This document shows, piece after piece, positions 39,401 through 53,300 of a DNA stretch of 64,000 nt (positions are counted from its first letter, which is position 1; the number at the start of each line of letters is the position of its first letter). A program made the position numbers and the translations under genes. The stretch lies in contig NC_047016.1 in assembly GCF_902652985.1 (NCBI RefSeq), positions 51,770,001 to 51,834,000 on the forward strand, read 5' to 3'. Source of the stretch: Pecten maximus. Lineage: Eukaryota. The notes below the pieces were generated by a model. It had not been told where the DNA came from, made no database searches, and saw nothing but the letters and a program-made list of their open reading frames with translations.

Positions 39401-41356
39401 AATACTTACACCACACTTTCTGTGTGAATACTCAAACCACACTTTCTGTGTGAATACTCACACCACACTTTCTGTGTGAATACTCACACCACACTTTCTG
39501 TGTGAATACTCACATCACACTTTCTGTGGGAATACTTACACCACACTTTCTGTGTGAATACTCAAACCACACTTTCTGTGTGAATACTCACACCACACTT
39601 TCTGTGTGAATACTCACACCACACTTTCTGTGTGAATACTCACACCACACTTTCTGTGGGAATACTTACATCACACTTGAAGGGACGTTCCCCAGTGTGG
39701 CACATCATGTGTCGTTTGAGGTCGCTTGGTTTGAGGCAGAGTTTGCCACAAATGTAGCAAGTACGGTCACTCTGACACTCCATATCGGCTCCACTCTCTG
39801 GACTCGTGCTTGAATCCTTCCCATCCTGCCGAATCATACCGTCCATCATTGTTACATCTGGTGAGTCGTCCCCTTTGAAGCGCTTAGTTCCGTCTGGAGA
39901 GATAAGCTCAGCTCGCAGTTGATCCATCTCTAACTTTCGCTTCCGCATGAGAGAGTACTTTTGGGATATGTTACTGTTTTCACTTTTAATGCCATGGTGC
40001 ATGAACTGATGATACTGAAGACTTCGTTTGGCTTTGAACATACGACTGCACATCTGAAATAAAAAAAAGTTCATAAATTACAGCCTCAAATCACTTTATA
40101 AGATAAATTTAGTAACCGATTCTAAATGAATCATAACTAGACATTAACCAAATTTTGATTACTTAGAAGCCAATTCAGGGCTTTTTTAGGGCCATTAATG
40201 GGCCCCCATTCCCAATTGAAATTATTTCCTATAAGCCAAATCCCCAAAACTTGCAGTTTACTCCTAAAACTCTTTCCAATTCACCACTTTTCTTCCCAAA
40301 CGAGAAAGTCTAATTTCAAACTGTGAGAAAAAGCCCTGCAATTATAATTGAGCATTCTGCTGAAGCCATGAACTGGTGTTTAATGTTGACGTACCTTGCA
40401 TTTGAATGGACGTTCCCCAGTGTGTTTACGGATATGTCGCTGGAGGTCTGCTGGGCTTTTCTTTACTACAGCACAGAACTCACATGTCCTGTCCTTCAGA
40501 GAGCTGTTGAATCCTTTACTTAACATGCTCTCTTCCCTGTTGTTCACTTCCTTTTTGGTTTCTCCTTCATCGCTTAACTCATCGATACAGAGCTGGCCTT
40601 CATCCTCCTCCTCCTCCTCCTCCTCATCTAACTCCATCATTTCATCGTCATCTTTTTCACTTTCATTGTTTTCTGAATGTTTATCCTCTATCTCGACATT
40701 ATCTAGTTCTAAATTGGAATCACTTTGAATGTCATTGTCACCGGAATTTTCCTTTTCCTCCATTTCTTCCTCCTTATTTTTTTCGTCTTTATCCTCAACA
40801 GCCAACTGATCACTAACGTCACCTTTATCATCCACACTGTCAGTTTCTTTATCTGACGGAACTTCCTTTAACTCTCCTGCTTCTTTATTCGAAGTCTCGT
40901 TGATAATCAACTCTTCAGGTTCATTGTCAGATGCAGCATCTGTTGTTGCAGTAATGTGGTTATCATCGGAATCTCCTACTTTTTCCTTGTCAGAGGATTC
41001 ATCTTCTTTAGGAATGTTTTCAGTACTATCTACTTTTATATCCAGCGACTCATCTACATTTTCATCTGACTTATCACAGCCTTTCTCTATTTTTGTATCT
41101 TCCTCCTCTTCGTCCTCACTCCCCTCACTGATCTCATCCTCCACATGTACTTCCTTCTCTTTCTTTTGTTTCTCTCTCTCGCTCTTCTTTGGGGTAATGT
41201 GACCAGGGGTCTTCCCCGATGGAGGTGCTCCTTTACTACGAGTTACTCTGGTTGTACGTATTGGTGTCACAATGTTACCATTGTCATCCGAAATTGCCTT
41301 TTTGTGAACAGAAGACTTTCTTGTAGATTTTGTGGGGCTTTCATCTTCTTCTTCAC
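33491..41356 (-). CDS. Core (six 3' coding exons) of the C2H2 zinc-finger gene
   Basis: Supported by long ORFs 40380-41366, 39640-40074, 35302-37551, 34078-34299 and 33491-33751, which contain canonical C2H2 fingers. The exon 34821-34969 (CPFCSKDFLSYSDINRHMDFHE) was found by hand. Confidence 0.95.
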
Positions 41357-44300
41357 CTGTGGACACACAAATATACTATTTAGAATATTGTGAGCAGTAT
41401 AAATAAAACTGTTTCCAAAGTGGAAAACATCCTGTTTTCTTCCCACACATGTAAAATCACAGTTTCATTTGTTTTTGTTGTTGATGGCTGTCGTGATTAC
41501 AAGAATAAGACTATTACTTAATTCTGTTTCTGAAATGTGTAAAGAAGAAGAAGAAGAAGAAGAAGAAGAAGAAGAAGAAGAAGAAGAAGAAGAAGAAGAA
41601 GACAGTGAAAAAAATGAATAAATGCACATTCATACAATATATATATATTTTTTTTTGTGTATATATATAACTATTGATGGCACGGTAAACAAATGAAGAG
41701 GACAGGTGTTGGACTCTGAATATAGATCTATAAAACATATCTTCATGCAAATGACCAGTACTTCCAGCCAGTTGATGTCCATGCAAGCCGATCTCAATCT
41801 TGATTTATTGATCAACATCAGACTTTTAGACACCCAGACACATGCCCCCAGCAATATTCACTACCTGTGATGGCTGAAGCAGGTGCTTACAAATTTGTGA
41901 CTTTACATACATGTGTTTTGCATGCCTTGCTGTTAACCACTGACTGTGACATCCTCAAACACCCCGATCAACCTCTATTTTACCATCATAAATCACACTC
42001 AGATCAACCTCTATTTTACCATCATAAATCACACTCAAAGTCGAGTAGAATTGTTCCATGTGGATGTTCTCATTTACTTTATTGTTATCAGAAATTTTCT
42101 TTATTATTTTCAGAAATTTAAGTAGACCATTATTAAAAGTATGTTTCGGAATACCCCCAAAACAAATCTGATTCTTGTGATTGATGGACAAGCATTTTCG
42201 ACATGTTTTGACCAACCATATTTCTGGAAAATATGGCAATCTGACATCTGCTATCATTTGACTTCATATCAAGTGTGAAGATCAACTGAAAACCATGGTA
42301 ATTAACTTACAAGGAAAACATAATCCATATCCCCTAATATCATACAAAGGTTGTTTTCAGTAAAGTATTCATTTTTTCAATGAGTAAATTTAGTTTTAAT
42401 CTTTAAACTTTATATTTTTCTTTGTGAAACAAATATATTAAGGTAAACACAAATTAAATATCTTAGAAACCAAACAAATAGGAAAATTCTTTTTGTTGAC
42501 CTCTGTTCCCCTCCAGGTATTTCCTTTTTGTTTGTTTTATTCACCACCATTTCTCGTTGTTTGTTTTTATCCTACAGCCTGAAGTTGTGTAAGAATTGTG
42601 ATCCTTTGTTTATTAACACAATGATATTAACATCAGTGACTGTTAAATAAACAGCCTTGAGGCAGAGAGAACCGTTAGATGTTTAACAAGGCATTGTTAA
42701 TTACTCAATAGGTGACCTGTATAATTAAAACGCTCCATTTCCAGCCTCTTATCTCAATTCATTCATCAATGAGAATCAATTACTGTAACAGTATTATGGC
42801 AGAGCTGGCCTATCTCCCATCACCTACTGATTGAGCGAATTAGCCCCCCACCGACACCCTCCCCTATAATCTAACTCAGATCAATTAATCATTAGACCAC
42901 AACCTAAAAGTGTTAAACATGCCTGATTGAACAACTAAGTGGTACTCTTAATTAATTACCCAATTAATAGAGCTAAATAAGTAACTAGAAGTACTTGGGT
43001 TTATCAATTCTTTTTTTTTTTTTGAAATGTTTTACCTCTAATTTGTTATTTTAGTTTTTCATATCTTTTTTGTATTTTGTTTTTAAATAATCACATGATA
43101 ATTATAAGGTTCTGTATAAACTTAGTGGACAAATAGTGACCATGTTATCATTATTGGGTAAGCATCACAAACCAAACCTTTTGGACCAATGACATATATT
43201 ACTAGTATCATTATGGGGGGAGTATCATACCCTATTATGTTTCTGTCAAACCTTGGACGTCACCTTGTAAAACAGAATACATGTTGTGGGGAATACAACA
43301 AAATATTTTAATATTGACAGGTAAACTACATCATTTTACTCCAGTGACTAATGGACAAGTCATCAATTTAAGCAGGTAAATATACTTTACTCCAGTAACT
43401 AATGGACAAGTCATCAATTTAAGCAGGTAAATATACAGTAGATTACAACTTATTGTATGTCATGATCTTATCGTAATATAAACTTTTTATGTCACATGAT
43501 GTACCTGACATCTTTTTAACTTCCACCTGTAACTCTCCCCACTTCTCATTGATTTTTAAGATTTGAAGAATCTGGCTCGATTACAAACCATCCAAAGTGT
43601 AACATCCTAAAGTACCAAGCTCACTTATAGTTCATGTAGATTTGTTAACTAACAGTCAGAAAGTAAACTTTACATGTTAAAGCTGACTTGTCAACACTAA
43701 AATATCTAAAAGTGATATACTTTCAATTAGCTCATCATTCATACTTTTTTTAATTAGTTACTCTTCGACTGTTATGACAATGATAAGCAATGTTAATAAC
43801 TTACATATATATCAATACAACATTTAAGTCATTGAAAACACTATTTCTACCATCTGAAATATTAGCACCTGAATAGGTAACTGTACTTATTATACAGGTG
43901 AACACAAGGAAATCTAAGTATTGTATGCATGTGTATACACAACAGTTACAGCACACATACACACATATATATACATATATATAGGATTACCTGAACTTGA
44001 GGAGTGAGATGTGCTGTTTTTTCTCACATTGTCTGATGTAGGTGAAATGGACATGTTTACTTGTGGCCTGGTACGTAAATCCCTCACGTGTCACGTATAA
44101 TTCTATATATAACCCAGCATGAGAACAGGTTCTTTCTGAATGTCTGACCACTGAGACCACTGACCAGCTATTGACCAGTCCAGTCTAACATTGTGCGTGT
44201 AAAACGTTTACATTAGCCTCGGGTCACGCTGTGCGTCTCCACATTCACATGGCCAGGTATAAACACACATACCTGGTCGACCCAAGGCTGAGAATGCATA

Positions 44301-47300
44301 CCTGGTACATACAATATATACCAACACGTATACCTCGTGGCTAAACCAACTTGAGACTATCTAGGGGGTCATGTGACTTGCATTCCCTGTCAAATTCTCG
44401 GCCCCGCAGGCACGACTATGGAGCGCTAGCATGCAAAGACACGCATCATGCACACGGTCAATAGAGCCAGGACTACCTGTACTAGCTGATCTGCCGTGTG
44501 AGTGTGCGTGTCACCAGGTATGCCTGTCAATTACCTGAACCCCCATTACCTGGCCAAGCCATGGGAATCCGGCCTGGTCACTCATTCACCTTCTCCCACC
44601 ACTGATCATGGGGGATTGAGGGGGTAGTGTTGGGTCATTTTAGTGGTCAAGGAGGTTATCGCTTTACTATAGAGTGTAAAGGAATTCATGAAAGTGAAAA
44701 ATATTTCATGTGACATAAAACTTTTAGTAAAAATTTGCGTGAGCACACTTCCGGCCTTTTCTTATTCCTGAAATCTGACCTCTACATGCATGCATGTGTA
44801 TTGTGTGGTTAGTGTTTATATGCTGCTCAGTATTCCGTGTATGTGTGTTTGCCGACCTTGTGCCCGATTTGAGGGTCGTTTATGTACCTATGGGTTGGAT
44901 TTTAATCTTGTCCTGTTAGTGGGGTACATTGTAAGCCAATGACACAGCCTAGCTCATGTGTGTATACACGACCATTGTGCGACCACATTACAGGTACATA
45001 TAAATACACGGGTGCGAGAATACCTGCGGCCCACCTGATTGAGGATCTAGGTTATGTACACTGACTGTACACGACCATACCGGAGATATGGCTTTCAAAA
45101 CCTGATCATGCATTTCCTACAGTAGGACAGGTTAATCCATCTGATGCATGGCGCTTACGAAACTTCACAAAATTCACGCGTTCCTGTCAGAAATTATTCC
45201 ACCTTGTCAGCTTTGTAAAGTTACAATAGTGGCATGGAGAGCCATGAATATTACAGGAATACGAGACTTTTAGAATATTTATGGCTAAAAACTTTCTTAG
45301 TAAGAGCCGAGTTGACATGAAAATTTCTGTATTGGGGTTAATGAGTTATCTTTATAAATAACTTTAACTTGACTTGAAAATTTCTGTATTGGGGTTATGA
45401 GTTATCTTTATAAATAACTTTAACTTGACTTGAAAATTTCTGTATTGGGGTTATGAGTTATCTTTTTAACTTTAACAACAGAGCAAAGTTTTTGACTTTT
45501 AGGACCAAATTATTTCTAAAATTGGTCAATCATATCAACCAAGTGTAATAAAATGCTTTTCCAATTAGGACAACCTCGGTTTTTTTTAATCAAGATTTTT
45601 TGCAAAAATGTTTGTAATTTCCTCGATGCAGAGCTTCAAGTCAATTCAATTTTATCATTTGTAGTTGAATTTCAGTGAAGAAGTACAGGTCTTCCACCCA
45701 GCCATTTTTTTGTAAATTTGTGTGAGGAACAAATAACTGCATGTTTGATCCTTTAAAAGACAAATCCCACGAACCTCCCCAGAGACTTCAGTAAGGTCCA
45801 ATCTGATCCCTCAGCGATCAAGTCCCCTATAAATATGGGGAACCCCGTTTTTTTCTCTCCAGGGACGCTCAAGTACACTTCTTTCTATGAATGGGATTCG
45901 CAGTTTGAGGTCAACGTGTATAATGAATGGGCGTAACTTTCAACCATTCAGAGTAGTTTAACGGTACAAGTAACTCCTTATATGGAAGATTTCATAGGGA
46001 GACAAGTTAAAATACTTGAAGTCTGGAGGTCAACCTTTCCAGAATCATATTGTAAGTCATAGCTCCCTGCAGAATCAGGGATTTTCTTGTGTCTTCTCTC
46101 AAACTTACAAACTTCTTGGAATCCTGATGGGGAGATGTCTTGTGTAAATTTATAAACAGAAACTATTTATTTAAAGCTGCCTTTTTATGGACTGATTGGA
46201 TTTTATGAATTTAGAACAATAAAAGTTTACTGATATTCATGTAAATTCAGGGTAAAACCGAGTCTGGTTTCCAAGATGAGGATGGTTAGCAGGTCAGTGA
46301 TCTCTACTAAGGAATGGATATTGATGACTTAGAGCACCCCAATTCTGTTGATAAATTATCATTTCCTATGAGAATGGGTCTATGACAGACATGGTTATCA
46401 GTGAAGTCAAGCTTTTTTCTTATTAGAGAAGATAGAATTCTATATGATCATAATATATATATGAAGCATTTGATTCAGGCTAAGATGATGTGAGACCACT
46501 GGATTTAGCAAGCTAGTACATGAAATGGTCATGGTCAGTCTTCCTGTTGCTCAGCCTGTCTGACCACTTGGACACAGCCCCGGGCCAACAAACACACGTT
46601 TATTTCACAATCCAGGAAGGAACTGCTGATATGACTAACTGCAACTGTCACTGGTATTTACTACATCGTTATTTTAATGATAACTGTCCATATCAAACTG
46701 ACCTATCTCTTCACCATTCAATACATCAAATGACCTGTAATATGCTATGCATTAGTATACAAATATGTGATAACTGAATTAAAGACTAGTGTTGTTGCAT
46801 GACTTCTTTCTGATTGATGTGTGACATTAAAACATGCGAGTTTCAGAATCGAGTTTCAGAATCGCAATCTTGTAAAATATTGATTACAAAAGTTGCTTAC
46901 ATTTAAAGTGAGCAAAAGATGATCAAATAATTTTCACAAAACTGACAATGAACCCTAATGAGTGGGATATTGGTTATAACTGACAACAGAAAAGGCTATT
47001 GTTGATGAAAATATATACAACCTCAACTGCAGTCAAATTTCAAACCTCACAAAGTTTCATCTATGGTTACATAATGTAAACGAAACATTTATTATGCATT
47101 ATGTATACCTTGTAAGCATGCTGTGAAATTTATTTTCTTCATCAGTTGAGGAAAAACGGTTAATTGTTAAGCTGATCGATTTTCCATCATTATAACAGTT
47201 CTACTGTGGTAATATTCGCAATCAAAATCTAATTTAGATAAAGCGGTTATGTGGTACAGTGGAAACACTTGTCTTTTACCTAAGTTTTCTCAAAGTACCT

Positions 47301-50300
47301 TCCACAGTAAAACCCCCCTCATGCTTCCAACTTGGCCACCAAGCGTGATTTGTAGAAAATAAAATCTTAAAAAGTGTCGTTATTGATGTAAATAAAACTT
47401 ATGTTTAATCTAATTACTTTGAGCCCCAAGATTCTTTAAAATTGTTCCAAATTTTACAGCATACTTCATACCTGTGACATTATAAGAATACAGAGTTGAA
47501 GATCTTTGATTTCAACAAATATGCTAGCAGCTTCTATATAGCTATCTAGAATGTTGTTACAATATAGCTATCTAGAATGTTGTTTGTAACAATGTGGGTT
47601 CCAGGGACACTTACTTTAAGTAGTCAGGGATGGTCCCATATAAACATCTGTTGTAGAAAATAAATGTTATGATTCCATTTAACTCATATAACATTAAGAG
47701 TAGGTCAAGGTCAGAGATATATATTTATATATAACTATAGATGAAAAGTTATAGCACTTCAACAGCTTTTATGCTCTTCATGTTTTTGTTTTGTAAAAGA
47801 TGTTTCAATACAAATTTAACATTGGAAAGTTACTAAGGCAAGGTAATTTTTATTGAACAAATATATCAACCCTTATCACATTTATTCACAGAACGATTTA
47901 GGTAAATGCCTAAATGACCATTTAAATATGTAAATGCATTACAGTGATCATGATGTTTGTCTACTGATAACAAGAATGTTTTCTCAGAAAAAAAAGATAA
48001 AGAAAAACTTAAAACTATGATGCAGTACACCAAACTAATGTATAGTAACTAATGTATGAGTGTGGACAGGTCTAAGGAAGGCCATCTTAGAATTCAGAAA
48101 TGCTACAACCTGTTATTATAACTACCCCTACACTAGCTCTCTTGGCCCTTTTCAGATCACATCACATTTCTGATAAAGATTTAATATTTTTTGTAAATGT
48201 CAACATCTACACCGACTATACTTTTCAGTAAAATTTCAAAATGTCTGCACTACAAATACACTCACCAGACTGGACATGCCATTTGACTTGACCACCTGCA
48301 CTGACCATTACATAAATAGCACATTAATTTGTGAAGTACAGTACGCGTCAGGTGGTATGGTCCCCAATCACCGCCACAGTGGCGAGGTCTAATCCCTTCC
48401 ACTCACTCAGTCGGTTGCATGTCGGTTGAAACACCGGCTGACACCGGCTCAAAACCCGAGTGTTCACCTGTTTACTGACACCGCGCGACACGGTGTGGAA
48501 GAGTGTTGGGGATTAGTGGAACAAAGGTCCTGATTCGTGATTGACAGGTACACTGCCCGATACCGTGGTGTGTTTTACCTATTGGAACATACTGTACGTT
48601 GTCGTACGGTACATGTACTGTGGCTGGACTTACATTTTGTCCTTTTAGTATCCCAGCCCGGTGTTGAGAAAAACGGAGATTAGTTTTTATGTAATGAAAT
48701 CACGATTTATACTAGTGATACTAGTGATACTAAAGAAGTATTGTGTTGTAAATATTTAATTAAATCCTAGCTAGATGAGTAGCATAAATGTTTACCGGGA
48801 AATGAAATACCGACACCCAGAAAACAAAACAGTATATAACATTTTAACGATCTCGGGAGAAGCTAAATTCAACACTATGTTGTTATTTGTATCTTGCACT
48901 GTATTTTGTTATAAATCGAAAGTTAAGGTTACCAAATAGGCTCAATTTAAGTTATAATCTAAATAAGAATAAATAAATCAACCCCTTCTATACTCATACT
49001 GAACATAATTATGTTGTGTACATGTAAATATTTTACCGCCTTGGTGTTTGTGCTATTTATAGCATTATTGTGATTGGAGAGCGAGCGAGTAAATTCCGCT
49101 CGGCTTTCGAGTGTGTTGCACTGCTCTATCTACACTTCGAAGTAAGTCTATTATAGGGTAATACATCCTAATTAATTTACGACGAAATATCATGACAACT
49201 GCGATTTGGTTAGAGCCACGGACATATTTCTGCTAGCTATTGTATATTACATTTCGTGGGACTCGTTTTAAATGTAGTACACAATGTACAAATGTACATT
49301 TACATACACGATGTCTTCTAGTGTTCCAAGTATATCCATGTTTGAGTAAATAATAAGAAAACAGCCTCGTAAAGTTAATATTTAATATACATTAAACATG
49401 TGCGAGCATATTAATGTTTTCCCTTAGCATTTTTTTTTTATAAAGTGAGCTCATTCAGAAACCCTTTCACACAACTCGCGCACGATTCTAAATTTGTAAT
49501 AAATAGATCTATATATTATGAAATAAAAATTATCTTTCTTTTATACATATCATCATGCACACATGTACACTTTTAATCCTTCGTGGATATATTGATATAT
49601 ATCCTGAAGTAATACATATTTCTTTTTAAGACACTATCGATGTCTTCACGTACACACATTCTCACATACAGGTATACACATGCACGATTTTAAATATCGA
49701 ATCTTTCATAAATATAAATAAACAATTAATCTCATTTAGACATTATTAAGTTTTCTAACTCATACACATTCTCAAATTAACATTTACGATTAAATACAAT
49801 GTATAACAAACAGATGTTCGTTGGATGCATATTATTAGAAATAGATCATTTGCAAAGTAGCAATAATGACAGTAAAGACAAGTAAATTGTCGAATTTTCG
49901 AAAGGCAATCTGCCCCTTTATCAAGACACAGGTAAGTTTCTGGCTGAATGTGTGCAATATTTACGTGTCGATCTGTGACCAGTGCATTGTACCGTGACTA
50001 GAGATACGTGTCGCTCTGATGCGTCGATTGACACTCACTGCACCATTTGTGGGCGTGGTTTAAAAATCATGGATTGTGATTGGTTCGTAACGTTGGCAGT
50101 ATTACTCGTGTCAGCGATCAAATGTTTAAAACATATGGTTACACAATTCAAATCAATATCATTTAAATGTTATAAATACAAATAATTTATATGTTATAAT
50201 ATACAAATTATTTATAACATTTACATGTACATGTGTATATAGCCTGTATTTTGTACTGCAAAACGAGGTTCATGTGTTTTCGTGTGGCGAGAAGCGATGG

Positions 50301-53300
50301 AGACGGGGACAACTCTCTGAGTTGTACTTATTTTGAAAACATCAGAAATATATGTATTTTGTCAAGATTATAACCATCCAACGTACTGATGTCTGTGATA
50401 ATTGACGTCCGTGAGAGTAATAACAGGACACGAGGTCATAGCCAAATAATGTAAATTACGTATGAATTCATGAACATTCAGCCAATCTACGGCTATAATG
50501 TATAAACCTTTTCTCAAAACCCGAAGGAGCGTGTACTGTTAATGAATTGTTACATGGTAAAAACAATCAGTACAGGTAAAGGTAAAAGGTCGTAAAACTC
50601 TGACCACGATCACGTCTCCAGCTGTGAGTCTTCACACCTTTTCCTACGATCTTAATCCCCTACACTCGCCAGGTCCCGGCCGGTGGTGGCCGGTGGAAAC
50701 ACCCGAGTTGAAACACGGGGCGTACTTAATCCCCTACACTCGAGTGACACTCGCAACTCTGAGGGTGAAAGAGAACCATAACACCTGACGCGTACTGTAG
50801 GTAGCTCCAGGTTGGTTAACAGCCTGTGTGCCCTCCACTCAAAATGGACAAGTCTACATAATCTACTTATAATGCTGTATCAGATATAGGGGTGGTCAGT
50901 GTGCACACATACAGGACTGGTCAAACAGGTAGATATATCATATTACATAACATGAAAGGGGTTCAGGTAAACCACACACATGTACAGGTGTGAGTACCTA
51001 GTCTACTCAAGTCCAAGGACTATTCCAACTGACAAACCTGGAGGCTAGAATTTATGCTGGACATTTTTTGTTTTATTTGTATGATACAACAGCACATGTA
51101 ACTCAACATTGAGATGGCTGAATGAATACACAGCCAAAGGGTTTTTGTGGTTTTTCGTGATATTGAACATAAGATATTTTCTAATGTTACATACACATAA
51201 AAAACCCTTCCCAAAGTTAAAATAGAAACTAAATTCTGTTGAAAGTTTGAAATAGAACTTAAATTTTTTTTAAATTTGGAAATCATGTACTTGACCCGTC
51301 TGGTGCATGTCTGTCAACTTACAACTCTGGGTGTCAACAAAGTCTCCTGGACAGGTAGCATTAAAATTGTAGTTTACAATTATATTACACGTCCCGACAA
51401 TTATCCCCTGTATTATAAAGTTAATGACCTTCATTAGACCTGGACACCCTATCATTCTCCAGCCTTAAAGGTAACACTGACCACTACTGGACAGGTAAAA
51501 TCTCTATGGGGTGGTAGACACTGTACACACCTGAGCACATGTATTGTTCTGCTCTCACGTGTCAACAAGTCTTCAGCCTGACATCCCTATAATCAAAATC
51601 TGACTCATCCAAATCAAAAGGTAGTTGAACTCATTGTGAAGATATGGGGGTGAATGATGTACACAACTTTTCCTGACGCTGTTGACACATTTCACACCGT
51701 GACACACATTTCACACCAAGAGAAGACCACAAATACTTGATAAAATAAAATTTTCAATGACCCAGGGACAACGTGGCTTTCAATTTACCTGTGGGGTGCC
51801 CCATTCTTGATATGCATGATTGAGGATACCTGCATACCAGAGGGAGCTAAGTCACATACACAACACTGTTAGGTCGGAAACTTAGTCAAGAAATATTTCC
51901 AGGGCCTTAGAACCCTGAATAACCTTAGTCTGAAAATTTGTTAAAAAGGAAAAGATGGTCCCTTAATACTTTGAATTAAAATGTATCGGCAATCTCATTC
52001 CTTTCAGTCATTTTGCAGCCTCACCTCCTTGATTTTTCAATTAAAATATCCTGTAATTGGATTTCCCTAATTTTGCTTAATAATTAATATTCTTTAAAAA
52101 AAACATCAAAAATATGTCCAAAAAGAATAAAAACAGTCAAGAACATGTAGTTATAAAATTAATTTCTGATTCAATTACTTCATTTCCAAACTGTTATAAT
52201 GCTGAAAACTGACAAGGAAATATTCATATTTTGCAAACACTCATGATAAGATATTTACTCAACATTCCGAAGACATCACCTAGCGACTAAAGAGGCAAGA
52301 AATGGCAACATAACAGAAATTCTGCCATTCGATTTGGCTCCTTCTCTGCTGACAATATTGACAACACAAGTTAATATCACAACTGAGTGAGTGAAAGGAC
52401 TTCCAATCATACCATTTTAGAGCCAATCACAGAAACGTACAAAAGAGCATAGCTTTTGTACTGCACCAAAACTTGAAATGTCAATTTTCCCCTCTAGTCC
52501 AATCTTCTCCATCCTTAATCTAATAAAGAACCTAATTAAAATTTTATTGATGCATCTTTGCTGTATTAAGATTTTCCAATGACAAAGAATGTCACACACA
52601 CAGGAAGAGTGTACTTTTGTAGCTTTAAGTATGAATTGGTTATAAATATTGAGTTATTCCTGAATATTTGAGACGATCAAGTCTAAATCTTCCTGCTAGG
52701 GTAATTAGGGTTAAGAGCTTACCTTAACCCAATTTAAATACTCAATTTTGCTACTTAAGATATTTTACAAATCCACTTGAGGAATTTGATGAGTAAAGCA
52801 ACTTTTATTTAGTTGCTATGGTCGCTACTTAACAAAACTTTTAAATAATATTTAGAAACAATGTGACATCTAAAACAATAAACAACAAAGTAAACATGTT
52901 AAATTGAATCTAAAATATCAAACTGAAATTATGAAGTTTGTATTCTCTGATCAAATAAACATTTTAAAACTTTTACAAGAAGTGAGAGACTGATTGCATA
53001 GAACACTATCATTAGAGCAACCAATAACTCGATTCCATTCCATTTATAGGGATTATAACCCTTGAATATGATATTACATACAATTAATAGGAAAGTGAAA
53101 CAGCAAGACAAAAGTGGAGTACAAGTTAAGAAACACAACTTATATTAGGGGTGATGCGATACACCATACACACGATATGATGCATACCACGATATTTACT
53201 AATAATACAATTTGTATCAAGACTCAGAATGACAAACTCTTGTTGTGGATGGTTGATAACATAGGTTTTCTTTAATAAAACAACAAAATACAATAAATAT

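Noticed and set aside
35324-41393. Plus-strand ORFs overlapping the zinc-finger exons
   Set aside because: Antisense shadows of the real minus-strand coding exons.
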